From Acidimicrobiia bacterium (GTDB taxonomy: Bacteria > Actinomycetota > Acidimicrobiia > Acidimicrobiales > CADCSY01): DNA of 64,000 nucleotides. The stretch is from the NCBI GenBank assembly GCA_050249235.1, contig JBFWQW010000002.1, forward strand, positions 7,936-71,935. The letters run 5' to 3'. Positions 50,350 through 58,940 of this stretch are shown here, in pieces. The notes below the pieces were generated by a model. The model was not told where the DNA came from, did no database searches, and saw only the letters and a program-made list of their open reading frames with translations. The position numbers and the translations under genes are program-made. Each line of letters opens with the position of its first letter. Positions within the stretch are counted from its first letter, which is position 1.

Positions 50350-50951
50350 GCGGCTCCGAGCACCCCGATCCGGTGGGCCACGGCGACGGCGTGGGCCCGG
50401 CCCCGGGCCCCGAGCTTGTCGAGGATGCGGCGCTGGACGAGCTCGACGGTCCGCAGGCTGACGCCGAGCTCGGCGGCGGTCTGCTCCGACGTCTCCCCCG
50501 CGGCCATGCGCCGCAGCACGTCGCGCTCGCGCTCGCCGAGGAGGGCGCGGGTGGGCAGCTTGCGGCGCTCGGGCTCGGCCGCGGGAGGCAGCGGGAGGAG
50601 CCGACCGCGCATGGCCGCCCGCAGGCCGACGCCGCCGGCGCCGTAGGACACCAGGACGACGCCGAGCTCCTCGGCCGTCGCCTCGTGGTCGGCCCGGCGA
50701 CCGCGGTGCAGGGCGAGGACCCGGCAGCGGGGATGGGCCTCGGCCAGCCGGGCCACCAGGCCGGCCAGCTCCCAGCCCTGGGGCTCGAGCTCGACGAGCA
50801 GGAGCTCGCCCCGGTGGAGGCCCACCAGCGCGAGGGCCTCCTCGCCGTCGGCGGCTACCCCGACCACCTCGATGCCCCGGCGCTCCTCGGCGAGGAGCCG
50901 GGCGATCCCCACCCGGACCAGCCGGCGGCCTTCCTGCACGATCACCCGCAC
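50346..50951 (-). CDS. LuxR-family regulator with a degenerate receiver-like domain
   Basis: GTG 50951 with a GAGGTGA RBS. MRVIVQEGRRLVR replaces the canonical DD pair with QE, and LLLVELE places Glu where the phospho-Asp should be. The HTH is LGERERDVLRRMAAGETSEQTAAELGVSLRTVELVQRRILDKLGA. There is an ATGA overlap with the downstream paralogue. Confidence 0.8.
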   Translation of the reverse strand: MRVIVQEGRRLVRVGIARLLAEERRGIEVVGVAADGEEALALVGLHRGELLLVELEPQGWELAGLVARLAEAHPRCRVLALHRGRRADHEATAEELGVVLVSYGAGGVGLRAAMRGRLLPLPPAAEPERRKLPTRALLGERERDVLRRMAAGETSEQTAAELGVSLRTVELVQRRILDKLGARGRAHAVAVAHRIGVLGAA

Positions 50952-51059
50952 GAGGTCACCTCACTGGAGGCAGTCGCAGGTCGCGGTGCGCGGTCGGCGG
51001 GGCACCCCGCCATCATGACCCAGAGGCGGGCCGAGAGGGTGCGCCGACAGGCGGTCCGG

Positions 51060-51229
51060 GGCCCGAGCGGCCCGGCGCCGAAGGCGCCCAGAGCGGAGAA
51101 CACGGCCCGAGCGGCCCGGCGCCGAAGGCGCCCAGAGCGGAGAACACGGCCCGAGCGGCCCGGCGCCGAAGGCGCCCAGAGCGGAGAACACGGCCCGAGC
51201 GGCCCGGCGCCGAAGGCGCCCAGAGCGGA
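51060..51229. repeat. Perfect 44-bp tandem array, 3.9 copies (structured intergenic repeat element, locus B)
   Basis: The unit GGCCCGAGCGGCCCGGCGCCGAAGGCGCCCAGAGCGGAGAACAC occurs at 51060, 51104 and 51148 in full and at 51192 for 38 nt, with no mismatches. Each unit contains GGCGCC-GAA-GGCGCC. The period is not a multiple of 3. Confidence 0.95.
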
Positions 51230-51249
51230 TGTGACCGATCCTGGCGCCT

Positions 51250-52407
51250 CTACGAGTCGGGCGTCGAGGGACCGGGCTCGGGCGTCCACGCCGCCGTGGA
51301 CGGGGTCCACGCCGGGGGCGCGCCTTGCGCAGCCGAGCCCTCGTCGGCGGGCGCCGGGGGAGCCGGCGCTTCAGCGGCGCCGAGCGAGTCGAGGCTGCGC
51401 CGGAGCTCCTGGGACGCCTCGACCAGCTGGACCCGCAGCGACTCCTGGAGCTGGAGCAGCGACGAGAGCTGGGTCTCGGCCTCCGAGCGGATGGTGCTGG
51501 CGTGCTGCTCGGCCTCCTCGCGGGCGCCGGCGACCTTGGCCGCGGCCTCCTCGTCGGCGAGGCGGAGGCGCTCGGCGGCCCGGCGCTCGAGCTCGTCGAC
51601 CTCCTCGCGGCGCCGCGTCAGGTCGGCCAGGGCCTCGGACTGCGTGAGCTCGACCTCTTCACGCGCCTTGCGGCGCTCCTCCTCGGCGGCGTCGTGGCTG
51701 GCCCGCAGCACCCAGGCCACGTGCTCACCCAGCTCGGCGAACCGGTCGGCGGCCGGGGCACCCCCGCCGCCGCCGGCCTGGGCCGCCCCCCGCGCCGCCT
51801 CGAGCTCCTCGAGGGTCGCCCGGTAGCTCGTCGCCGCGGCGTGCAGGACGGCGGCGAGGCGTTCCCGGGTCTGGCCCTCGAGGCCCTCCAGGAGGTCGTC
51901 CCGCTCCAGCGCCTCGGGTGCGATCCGGAACTGGTGCTCGTACATCGACACGGTCGATCCTTCCGTCTCACGTTCGGGGGGCGTCTCGGGTTCGGGGTCT
52001 TCGGTGCTCGGTCGCTGGTCCCGGTCGTCGACGGCGGGGGGCGCCACGGGATCGCTTGATCCGGGGGGCGGTCCCGTCGCCACGGCGAACGGTTCGAGTA
52101 CTCCGTATCGACGCCGACCGGCGGCCGAGTTGAGGCCGAATCCGACCACGAGGGCGCCGGCCCCGGCGATCGCCAGGCCGGCGACGTCGCCCCCCGTGAC
52201 GGGAAGGCCCGTGCCGACCGGTCCGGTGCGGTCGGGGACGAGGCCCGGCCCGGGCGGGGATGGCGTCGACGTCGGGGGGGTCTGGGGACCGGGCTCGGTG
52301 GGCGGTGATCCCGGCGGATAGCTCTCGGCCGCGCCTGCCGATGCGGCCCCCTCGAGCAGCAGCGGAATCGTCAACGACAGCGCCAGGGCCGTCTTCTTGC
52401 GCTTCAC
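51250..52407 (-). CDS. Secreted/membrane protein with an internal LPXTG-like sorting signal and a C-terminal coiled-coil domain
   Basis: GTG 52407 with a GAGGAGG RBS. The order is a signal peptide (MKRKKTALALSLTIPLLLEGAASAGA), a Pro-rich stretch, LPVTGG plus a hydrophobic helix plus RRR at aa 68-100, and then about 285 further residues rich in E/A/R heptad-like sequence. Confidence 0.6.
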   Translation of the reverse strand: MKRKKTALALSLTIPLLLEGAASAGAAESYPPGSPPTEPGPQTPPTSTPSPPGPGLVPDRTGPVGTGLPVTGGDVAGLAIAGAGALVVGFGLNSAAGRRRYGVLEPFAVATGPPPGSSDPVAPPAVDDRDQRPSTEDPEPETPPERETEGSTVSMYEHQFRIAPEALERDDLLEGLEGQTRERLAAVLHAAATSYRATLEELEAARGAAQAGGGGGAPAADRFAELGEHVAWVLRASHDAAEEERRKAREEVELTQSEALADLTRRREEVDELERRAAERLRLADEEAAAKVAGAREEAEQHASTIRSEAETQLSSLLQLQESLRVQLVEASQELRRSLDSLGAAEAPAPPAPADEGSAAQGAPPAWTPSTAAWTPEPGPSTPDS

Positions 52408-52511
52408 GTCCGCCTCCTCGGGTCCCCGGCATCACTAGCACGGGGAGGCGGACGACAACAGGGCAGATCGATGAACGCTGGCCGGCGACGCGGCATCGGT
52501 AGCGTCGGACC

Positions 52512-53087
52512 GTGGCTGACGCGGGGACGGCAGCGGCGATGTCGGCCTCGGCGACCGCCATCGACGGGCTCTGGACGATCCGGCTGAAGGCCGTCGACGA
52601 CGAGCGGGGCACCGTCCGCGAGCTGTTCCGGGCCAGCGCCCTCGCCGCCGCTACCGGCACCGAGCTGGGGCCGTGGCAGCAGGTGAACGTCACCGAGACC
52701 CGCCGGGGCGCCGTCCGCGGCCTCCACGGCGAGTCGATGCACAAGCTGGTGGCGGTGGCATCGGGGGAGGCGTTCGGCGCCTACGTCGACGCCCGGCCGG
52801 GCTCGCCCAGCTTCGGCACCGTGGTCACCGCCGTGCTCGTGCCCGGCGTCCAGGTGCTGGTGCCGCCAGGTGTGTGCAACGGGTTCCAGTCGGTGGGCCC
52901 GGGCGTGAGCCAGTACGTCTACTGCTTCGACCGCGAGTGGGAGCCGGCCATGGCCGGCGTGGCCGTGCACGCCCTCGACCCCGCCCTCGGCATCCCCTGG
53001 CCCCTGCCGGTCGACCCCGACGACCGGTCGATGCTCTCGGCCAAGGACGCCGCCCTCCCGCCGTTCGCCACCCTCGCCCTGGGCTGA
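52512..53087 (+). CDS. dTDP-4-dehydrorhamnose 3,5-epimerase-like cupin
   Basis: RGTVRELFR, RRGAVRGLHGE and GVCNGFQSV blocks are typical of the RmlC family. No other rml genes lie nearby. Confidence 0.75.
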   Translation: MADAGTAAAMSASATAIDGLWTIRLKAVDDERGTVRELFRASALAAATGTELGPWQQVNVTETRRGAVRGLHGESMHKLVAVASGEAFGAYVDARPGSPSFGTVVTAVLVPGVQVLVPPGVCNGFQSVGPGVSQYVYCFDREWEPAMAGVAVHALDPALGIPWPLPVDPDDRSMLSAKDAALPPFATLALG

Positions 53088-53128
53088 CGGACGAGGGCCG
53101 GGGCCGGTCGGCGGTCGGCCGTCGGCGG

Positions 53129-53467
53129 TCAGATCGCGTCGGTGCCCTCCTCCCGGGTGCGGATGCGCACCACGCGAGTGACCGGCGTGAGCCAGATCTT
53201 GCCGTCGCCGATCTTGCCGGTCTGGGCCGCCACCGCCAGCCGCTCGACGACCTCGTCGACCATGGTGTCCTCGGCGACCACCTCGACCTTGATCTTCGGC
53301 ACGAAGTCGATCAGGTACTCAGCGCCCCGGTAGGTCTCGGTCTGGCCACCCTGACGGCCGAAGCCCTTCACCTCGCTGACCGTCATGCCGCGCACACCGA
53401 CCGCCTTGAGCGCGTCCTTCACCGCGTCGAGCAGGTGGGGCTTGATGACCGCGGTGACGAGCTGCAT
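53129..53467 (-). CDS. glnB: Nitrogen regulatory protein P-II
   Basis: A 112-aa protein: MQLVTAVIKPHLLDAVKDAL..., T-loop GFGRQGGQTETYRGAEY, and GDGKIWL. Confidence 0.95.
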   Translation of the reverse strand: MQLVTAVIKPHLLDAVKDALKAVGVRGMTVSEVKGFGRQGGQTETYRGAEYLIDFVPKIKVEVVAEDTMVDEVVERLAVAAQTGKIGDGKIWLTPVTRVVRIRTREEGTDAI

Positions 53468-53533
53468 CGGTCCTCCGATCGGCGGACGGGGACCGGCGGG
53501 GTCGGGCCGGTGACGGCGTGCACCTGCGGCAGC

Positions 53534-54043
53534 TCACCGTTCCGACGCGACCTGGTGCCGGCCTTCCGTCTCCAGAAGGTAGCCCCGCGACCGGACGGTC
53601 CGGATGGCGAGGCCGGTGCCCTCGATGCGCCGCCGCAGCCGCAGCACGTGGACGTCGAGGGCGTTGCGGCCCGGCGCCCCGGCCGGCCAACCCGAGCGGG
53701 CCAGCACTTCGCGGCTCACCACCGCGCCCTGCCGGTCGAGCAACGCCGACATGAGCCGGGCCTCGACCGGGGGGAGCGACACCCACCGGTCGCCGAAGCG
53801 CAGCACCCCGTTCTCGTCCAGGTCGGCCGGCTCGCTGGCGTGCAGCCCCATCCGGGCCTTCAGCCCGTCCACGCGGGCGGCCAGGTCGATGTCGGGCGCA
53901 GGGACCCGCACCCAGTCCTCGAGGCAGTCGTCGGGTGACGGGGGCTGGCCCTCCTCGACGAGGAGGAGGCGCGGGGTGCCTTCGAGCACCAGCATCTCCC
54001 GTCGGGAGCGCTCTGCGGGCCAGCGAACCAGGGCCACGTCCAT
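53534..54043 (-). CDS. OmpR/PhoB-type winged-helix regulator with a truncated receiver-like N-terminus
   Basis: The C-terminal part LPPVEARLMSALLDRQGAVVSREVLA...NALDVHVLRLRRRIEGTGLAIRTVRSRGYLL is a Trans_reg_C domain. The N-terminal 85 aa resemble only the last third of a receiver. Confidence 0.75.
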   Translation of the reverse strand: MDVALVRWPAERSRREMLVLEGTPRLLLVEEGQPPSPDDCLEDWVRVPAPDIDLAARVDGLKARMGLHASEPADLDENGVLRFGDRWVSLPPVEARLMSALLDRQGAVVSREVLARSGWPAGAPGRNALDVHVLRLRRRIEGTGLAIRTVRSRGYLLETEGRHQVASER

Positions 54044-54209
54044 CGCCGGCGGAACCTACGAACGATGTGTTGCCTACCGGTTTCGCCGACGTGAACCCGC
54101 CGTGAGCGAGCAGGCGGCTCGAGCCGGTCCCGCCGACCGCCCCGCGGACGCCCAGGTCAGGACGCCGGTGCTCCTTCCTGATGCGGCCCCCGACAACTAG
54201 CGTGCCGCC

Positions 54210-54629
54210 ATGGCCGCCGCCTCCACCAAGATCGCCCACCTCGCCGCCGTGCCGCTGTTCTCGTCCTGCTCGCGCCGCGACCTCCAGAAGATCGCCGCCG
54301 CGTCCGACGAGGTCACCTTCAAGGCCGGTCGCGTGCTCGTCGAGCAGGGCAAGATCGGTCACGAGTTCTTCCTCATCGTCGAGGGCCAGGCCGTGGTGCG
54401 GCGCAACGGCCGCAAGGTGGCCACCCTCAGCGCCGGCCAGTACTTCGGCGAGCTGGCCCTCCTCACGAAGGCGCCCCGCGACGCCACCGTCACCGCCGAC
54501 ACGAACATGGTGATGCTCGTCCTCGGCCAGCGCGAGTTCCTCGGCGTCCTCGACGACGTGCCGGGCCTGGCCCTGCGGCTGCTGCGCTACCTGGCCGAGC
54601 GGCTGCGGGCGGTCGAGTCCTCTATCTGA
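54210..54629 (+). CDS. Stand-alone cyclic-nucleotide-binding domain protein
   Basis: LFSSCSRRDLQKIAAASDEVTFKAGRVLVEQGKIGHEFFLIVEGQAVV...FGELALLTKAPRDATV is a cNMP-binding signature. Confidence 0.85.
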   Translation: MAAASTKIAHLAAVPLFSSCSRRDLQKIAAASDEVTFKAGRVLVEQGKIGHEFFLIVEGQAVVRRNGRKVATLSAGQYFGELALLTKAPRDATVTADTNMVMLVLGQREFLGVLDDVPGLALRLLRYLAERLRAVESSI

Positions 54630-54724
54630 GCGGCCGGCATCCGCGAGGCAGGCAGCCGACCCGCCCGCCGGCGGGTTCACGAACAGCCCGTCCACGGTGA
54701 CCTCCCGGTAACGTCGCCGGCCGC

Positions 54725-56986
54725 ATGGCCACGACGACCGACCACGCCGAAACCGGGGGGGACACGCCCCCCGCCCGCCGCCGGGTCTCGCCGCAGGCGG
54801 TCGCCATCGGCATCGGCGTCGCCTTCGCCGTCATCACCGTCACGTCCGGCATCACGGGCGCGGTGTTCGACTTCCACGAGGAGTCGCCCGTCCACCGGGA
54901 GGTCTTCGGGAACATCCCCGACGCCTGGATCGTGGCCTTCTACACGGTCACCCCCATCCTGCTCGTCTACGGCGCCTACGCCTTCTCGCTGCGGGTGCGG
55001 AACTGGCAGCGGGGCGCCCCCGACCGCCGGTCGACCACCCGGGCCAACCTCGGTCGCCGCCTCAAGGACTTCCGGGCCGGCGTGTACATGCGGACCCTCC
55101 TGCGCGACAGCGCGGCCGGCCTCATGCACTCCTGCATCTACTTCGGCTTCCTCGTCCTGCTCGGCGTCACCACCGTGCTCGAGGTCGACCACCAGCTGCC
55201 GGAGGACCTGAAGTTCCTCCACGGCGATGTCTACCGGGCCTACTCGCTCGTGGGCGACGTCGCCGGCCTGGTGTTCACCTTCGGCGTGGTCTGGGCCATC
55301 TGGCGCCGGTACGTGCAGCGGGTCTACCGGATCCGCATCAAGACCAAGCCCGAGCACGCCATGATCCTCGGGACCTTCCTCGCCATCGGCCTGTCCGGCT
55401 TCGGTGCGGAGGCCTTCCGCATCGCATTGGCCGGACGCCCAGACCACGAGTCGTGGAGCATCGTGGGCTGGCCGCTCTCGGCACTGGTCGACGGGCTGGC
55501 CGTCTCGACGCTGCAGGACTGGCACCGGGTCTTCTGGGTGGCCCACGTCCTGGCCTTCTTCACGTTCCTCGTCATCCTCCCGATCACGATGCTCCGCCAC
55601 ATGTTCACCAGCCCCCTCAACATGTACCTGCGCGACCGCGACCGGCCGAAGGGCGCCATGCGGCCCATGCCGAACCTCATGGAGACCGAGCTCGAGACCT
55701 TCGGCGCCTCCGTGGTGGAGGAGCTCACCTGGAAGCAGCTGCTCGACACCGACGCCTGCACCATGTGCGGCCGGTGCACCAGCCGCTGCCCCGCCCACGC
55801 CACCGGCAAGCCGCTCGACCCCCGCGAGATCGTGCTGAAGGTGGGCGAGGTGATGGCCGCCTCCGGCACCCCGGCGGTGTCGCCGCCCCTCGGCACCGTC
55901 CCCGAGATCACCATCTCGTCGGCGTCGCTGTTCGAGCGGATCACGCCCGACGAGATCTGGGCCTGCACCTCCTGCAAGGCCTGCGACGAGGTCTGCCCCG
56001 TCAACATCGAGATCCTCGACAAGATCCTCGACATGCGTCGCTACCTGACGCTGATGGAGTCGAACTTCCCCACCGAGCTGGGCAACGCCTACCGGTCGAT
56101 GGAGAACGCCTCCAACCCGTGGGGCATGAACCAGGGCGACCGCGGCGCCTGGACCGAGAAGCTCGACGACGTCGCCATCGTCGACCCCGGCGACGACTTC
56201 GACCACGAGTACCTCTACTGGGTGGGCTGCGCCGGCTCGTTCGACGACAAGAACCAGAAGGTCACCCAGGCCACCGCCCGGCTCATGCAGAAGGCCGGGC
56301 TCGACTTCGCCATCCTCGGCCCGTCGGAGATGTGCACGGGCGACCCGGCCCGGCGCTCGGGCAACGAGTACCTGTTCCAGATGCTCGCCACCCAGAACGT
56401 CGAGATGCTCAACGGGATGAAGGTGACGAAGATCGTCACCCAGTGCCCCCACTGCTTCAACACGCTGCTCAACGAGTACCCGCAGCTCGGCGGCAACTAC
56501 GAGGTGATCCACCACGCCCAGCTGCTCGAGTGGCTGATCGACACGGGCAAGCTCGACCTGCGCGACGCCCGCCTCGACGAGCGCATCACCTACCACGACT
56601 CCTGCTACCTCGGCCGCCACAACGACGTGTACCTCGCCCCCCGCAAGGTGGTGGGGTCGATCGCCGGGCTCGAGATCGTCGAGATGCCCAGGAGCGGCAC
56701 GGCCGGCATGTGTTGCGGCGCCGGCGGCGCCCGCATGTGGATGGAGGAGACGATCGGCACCAAGGTGAACGACGCCCGGGCCCGGGAGGCGATCGCCACC
56801 GGCGCAACACGCGTCGCCACCGCCTGCCCCTTCTGCTACATCATGCTGGACGACGGGGTGAAGGGCGCCGGCAAGGACGAGTCCGAGGTTCGCGTCGCCG
56901 ACATCGCCATCCACCTGGTGGAGGCCCTCGACAACGGCCAGGCCCTCGCCGCCGCGGCCCGGGCCAACGCCCTCCCCGCCGACTGA
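54725..56986 (+). CDS. Membrane-anchored (Fe-S)-binding reductase (NarI-like TM domain + 2x[4Fe-4S] + two CCG domains)
   Basis: CTMCGRCTSRCP and CTSCKACDEVCP ferredoxin motifs are present, along with CCG-type cysteine blocks (YWVGCAGSFDD, HDSCYLGRHN, CCGAGG, CPFC). The architecture resembles the mycobacterial Rv0338c type, from memory. Confidence 0.85.
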   Translation: MATTTDHAETGGDTPPARRRVSPQAVAIGIGVAFAVITVTSGITGAVFDFHEESPVHREVFGNIPDAWIVAFYTVTPILLVYGAYAFSLRVRNWQRGAPDRRSTTRANLGRRLKDFRAGVYMRTLLRDSAAGLMHSCIYFGFLVLLGVTTVLEVDHQLPEDLKFLHGDVYRAYSLVGDVAGLVFTFGVVWAIWRRYVQRVYRIRIKTKPEHAMILGTFLAIGLSGFGAEAFRIALAGRPDHESWSIVGWPLSALVDGLAVSTLQDWHRVFWVAHVLAFFTFLVILPITMLRHMFTSPLNMYLRDRDRPKGAMRPMPNLMETELETFGASVVEELTWKQLLDTDACTMCGRCTSRCPAHATGKPLDPREIVLKVGEVMAASGTPAVSPPLGTVPEITISSASLFERITPDEIWACTSCKACDEVCPVNIEILDKILDMRRYLTLMESNFPTELGNAYRSMENASNPWGMNQGDRGAWTEKLDDVAIVDPGDDFDHEYLYWVGCAGSFDDKNQKVTQATARLMQKAGLDFAILGPSEMCTGDPARRSGNEYLFQMLATQNVEMLNGMKVTKIVTQCPHCFNTLLNEYPQLGGNYEVIHHAQLLEWLIDTGKLDLRDARLDERITYHDSCYLGRHNDVYLAPRKVVGSIAGLEIVEMPRSGTAGMCCGAGGARMWMEETIGTKVNDARAREAIATGATRVATACPFCYIMLDDGVKGAGKDESEVRVADIAIHLVEALDNGQALAAAARANALPAD

Positions 56987-57005
56987 GCGGTCGGCTCCCC
57001 CAAAG

Positions 57006-57024
57006 CTCCCACCCTGAGTGGGAG
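57006..57024 (+). terminator. Short hairpin after the Fe-S reductase gene
   Basis: CTCCCAC-CCTGA-GTGGGAG followed by TT. It begins 20 nt after the stop. The stem is weak. Confidence 0.3.
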
Positions 57025-57065
57025 TTCGCCACGTAAAGTGACAGCCGGTTCCGGCCGACAACCGG

Positions 57066-57707
57066 GTGATGCGAGGTCGCCTGGTCGCCGTGGCCGCCGT
57101 TCCCTTCGCCGGTGCCCTGCTGCTGGCCTGGCCGTCCGACCCGGACTGCGGCGCGTCCTGCGACACCACCGCGGCCGCCGCCGACACGACCGTCACCACC
57201 GCCTCCACCGTGGCGCCGGTCGTCACCGTGCCCGAGCCGACCACCACGACCACCGAGGCCCCGCCGCCGCCGCCCCCGCCGGCACCTGCGCCCCCGAAGC
57301 TGCCGGCGTTCGAAGCACCGCCCGAGCCGACACCCGAGCCGCCGCCCCCGCCCCCGAGCGGCGGCCACGACGGCGAGGACCAGGTGAACGGCTTCCGGGC
57401 CGCCAACGGGCTGCACGCCCTCGGCTGGGACGACGACATCGCCGCCACCGCCCACGCCTGGTCGCAGCACATGGCCGGCCAGGGCGACATCTCCCATCGG
57501 GCCGACCTCGCCGACGGCATGCCCGGCGGCTGGCACCACCTGGGCGAGAACGTGGCCGTGAGCTGGTCGCTCGAGTCGGCGCTGACCGCCCTCGAGAACA
57601 GCCCCGGGCACCGCACGAACCTCCTCGGCGCCCAGTTCACCCGCTTCGCCGTCGGCGTCGTCGTGGCCGGCGACCGCTACTACGTCACCCAGATCTTCTG
57701 GGGGTGA
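57066..57707 (+). CDS. Secreted CAP/SCP (PR-1-like) domain protein
   Basis: It has a signal peptide, a Pro-rich linker, then NGFRAANGLHALGWDDDIAATAHAWSQHM...GENV...SPGHRTNLL. Confidence 0.8.
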   Translation: MMRGRLVAVAAVPFAGALLLAWPSDPDCGASCDTTAAAADTTVTTASTVAPVVTVPEPTTTTTEAPPPPPPPAPAPPKLPAFEAPPEPTPEPPPPPPSGGHDGEDQVNGFRAANGLHALGWDDDIAATAHAWSQHMAGQGDISHRADLADGMPGGWHHLGENVAVSWSLESALTALENSPGHRTNLLGAQFTRFAVGVVVAGDRYYVTQIFWG

Positions 57708-57733
57708 GGCCGGCCGGCTGACCCCGGCCGGTC

Positions 57734-58876
57734 GTGGCGAGCCCGTGCTCCGAGCGCGCCACCCCGGTGGGGCGTGCGACCGCCGGGCCCCGGTCCACGA
57801 CCCGGCGCCTGCCTCCAGGCACAAGGGGCCCGCCCGCCGGGCCGGCGTGGTTCGCTGGCGTCGTGCATGCCGGGACGCCGGTCGTCGACCTCCACCTCCA
57901 CGGGCCGGCCTTCGTGCCCCGGCCGGCCCGGTGGCTCTGGCGCCTCGGCAACCCCCGCCGGCCCCGGGAGGTCGACTTCGACGCCCTCGCCGCCGGCGGC
58001 GTCGACCTGGCCGTGGCCACCGCCGTCGGCGACCCCATCGTCACCCGGCTCCACCCCCGCTCCTCGCCGTGGGGGGCGGTCGAGGCCCAGCTCGCCGCCA
58101 TCGAGCGCCGGGCCGCGGCCGCCGAGGTCGCCGTGGTCGGCTCGGTCGACGGCGCGCTCGAGCAGATCCGGCTCGGGCGCCGTGCCCTCCTCCTCGGCGT
58201 CGAGGGCCTCGACGCCCTGGCCGGCGACCCCGACGGCATCGACCGCTGGCACGCCCGTGGCATCCGGGTCGGCGTGCTCGTCCACCTGCGCGACAACGAC
58301 CTCGGCACCATCTCGCTGCCCTGGCAGCAGTACCGCCTCCCCATCCCCACCCGCCGGCGGCAGGCCCCCGGCCTCACCGACCTCGGGGCCCGGGTCGTCG
58401 GACGGATGAACGACCTCGGGATGCTGGTCGACGTCGCCCACGCGGACGTCGACACCGTCCTCGCCGTCGTCGACGCGGCCCGGGCCCCGGTGGCATCGAC
58501 CCACACGGGGGCCCGGGCGGTGTCCGACTTCCCCCGCTATCTCACCGACGACGAGCTCCGGGCCATCGCCGGCACCGGTGGCGTCATCGGCCTGTGGCCC
58601 TACAGGGGGCGGCGCTGGGGCGTCGGCACCATCGACGAGCTGGTCGCCCACGCCCGCCACGTGGCCGACCTCGTCGGCGTCGACCACCTCGCCGTCGGCA
58701 CCGACACCAACGGCGTCCCCGGCCTCATGGCCGGCTACCGCGGCCTCGGCGACCTCCCCCTCGTCCTCGGCGCCCTGGCCGATGCCGGCTTCACCGCGGC
58801 CGAGCTGGCCGCCGTGGCGGGAGGCAACGCGCTGCGGGTCTTCCGAGCGGTGGAGGCCGCCGCGTCCGGTCCGTGA
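57734..58876 (+). CDS. Membrane dipeptidase (peptidase M19 family)
   Basis: MNDLGMLVDVAHA, STHTGARAV, VGVDHLAVGTDTNG and GGNALRVF blocks are present. The true start may lie downstream of GTG 57734. Confidence 0.8.
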   Translation: MASPCSERATPVGRATAGPRSTTRRLPPGTRGPPAGPAWFAGVVHAGTPVVDLHLHGPAFVPRPARWLWRLGNPRRPREVDFDALAAGGVDLAVATAVGDPIVTRLHPRSSPWGAVEAQLAAIERRAAAAEVAVVGSVDGALEQIRLGRRALLLGVEGLDALAGDPDGIDRWHARGIRVGVLVHLRDNDLGTISLPWQQYRLPIPTRRRQAPGLTDLGARVVGRMNDLGMLVDVAHADVDTVLAVVDAARAPVASTHTGARAVSDFPRYLTDDELRAIAGTGGVIGLWPYRGRRWGVGTIDELVAHARHVADLVGVDHLAVGTDTNGVPGLMAGYRGLGDLPLVLGALADAGFTAAELAAVAGGNALRVFRAVEAAASGP

Positions 58877-58940
58877 CGCCAGGCCCGATCCGGCCGCCTG
58901 GCTAAGGTTGCCAGCCTGCGGGTGGCCCCGGCCGCCCCGC

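Noticed and set aside
51060-51229. Possible CRISPR array, given the regular short repeats
   Set aside because: The units are directly adjacent with no spacers, the period is 44 bp, and no cas genes are nearby. This is a plain tandem repeat.
54677-57640. 987-aa minus-strand ORF, and similar very long ORFs at 43880-46480 (+), 41680-44202 (+), 37636-40005 (+), 17956-20517 (-), 14395-16047 (+) and 57-887 (+)
   Set aside because: These ORFs are antisense or out of frame relative to genes with clear homology. Their translations are Arg/Pro/Gly/Ala-rich low-complexity strings, typical of stop-codon-poor frames in high-GC DNA.
57710-57731. CCGGCCGG-CTGACC-CCGGCCGG hairpin after the CAP-domain gene as a terminator
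   Set aside because: CCGGCCGG is self-complementary and common in this GC-rich DNA. The element ends 2 nt before the next ORF start and has no U tract, so the call is too uncertain.
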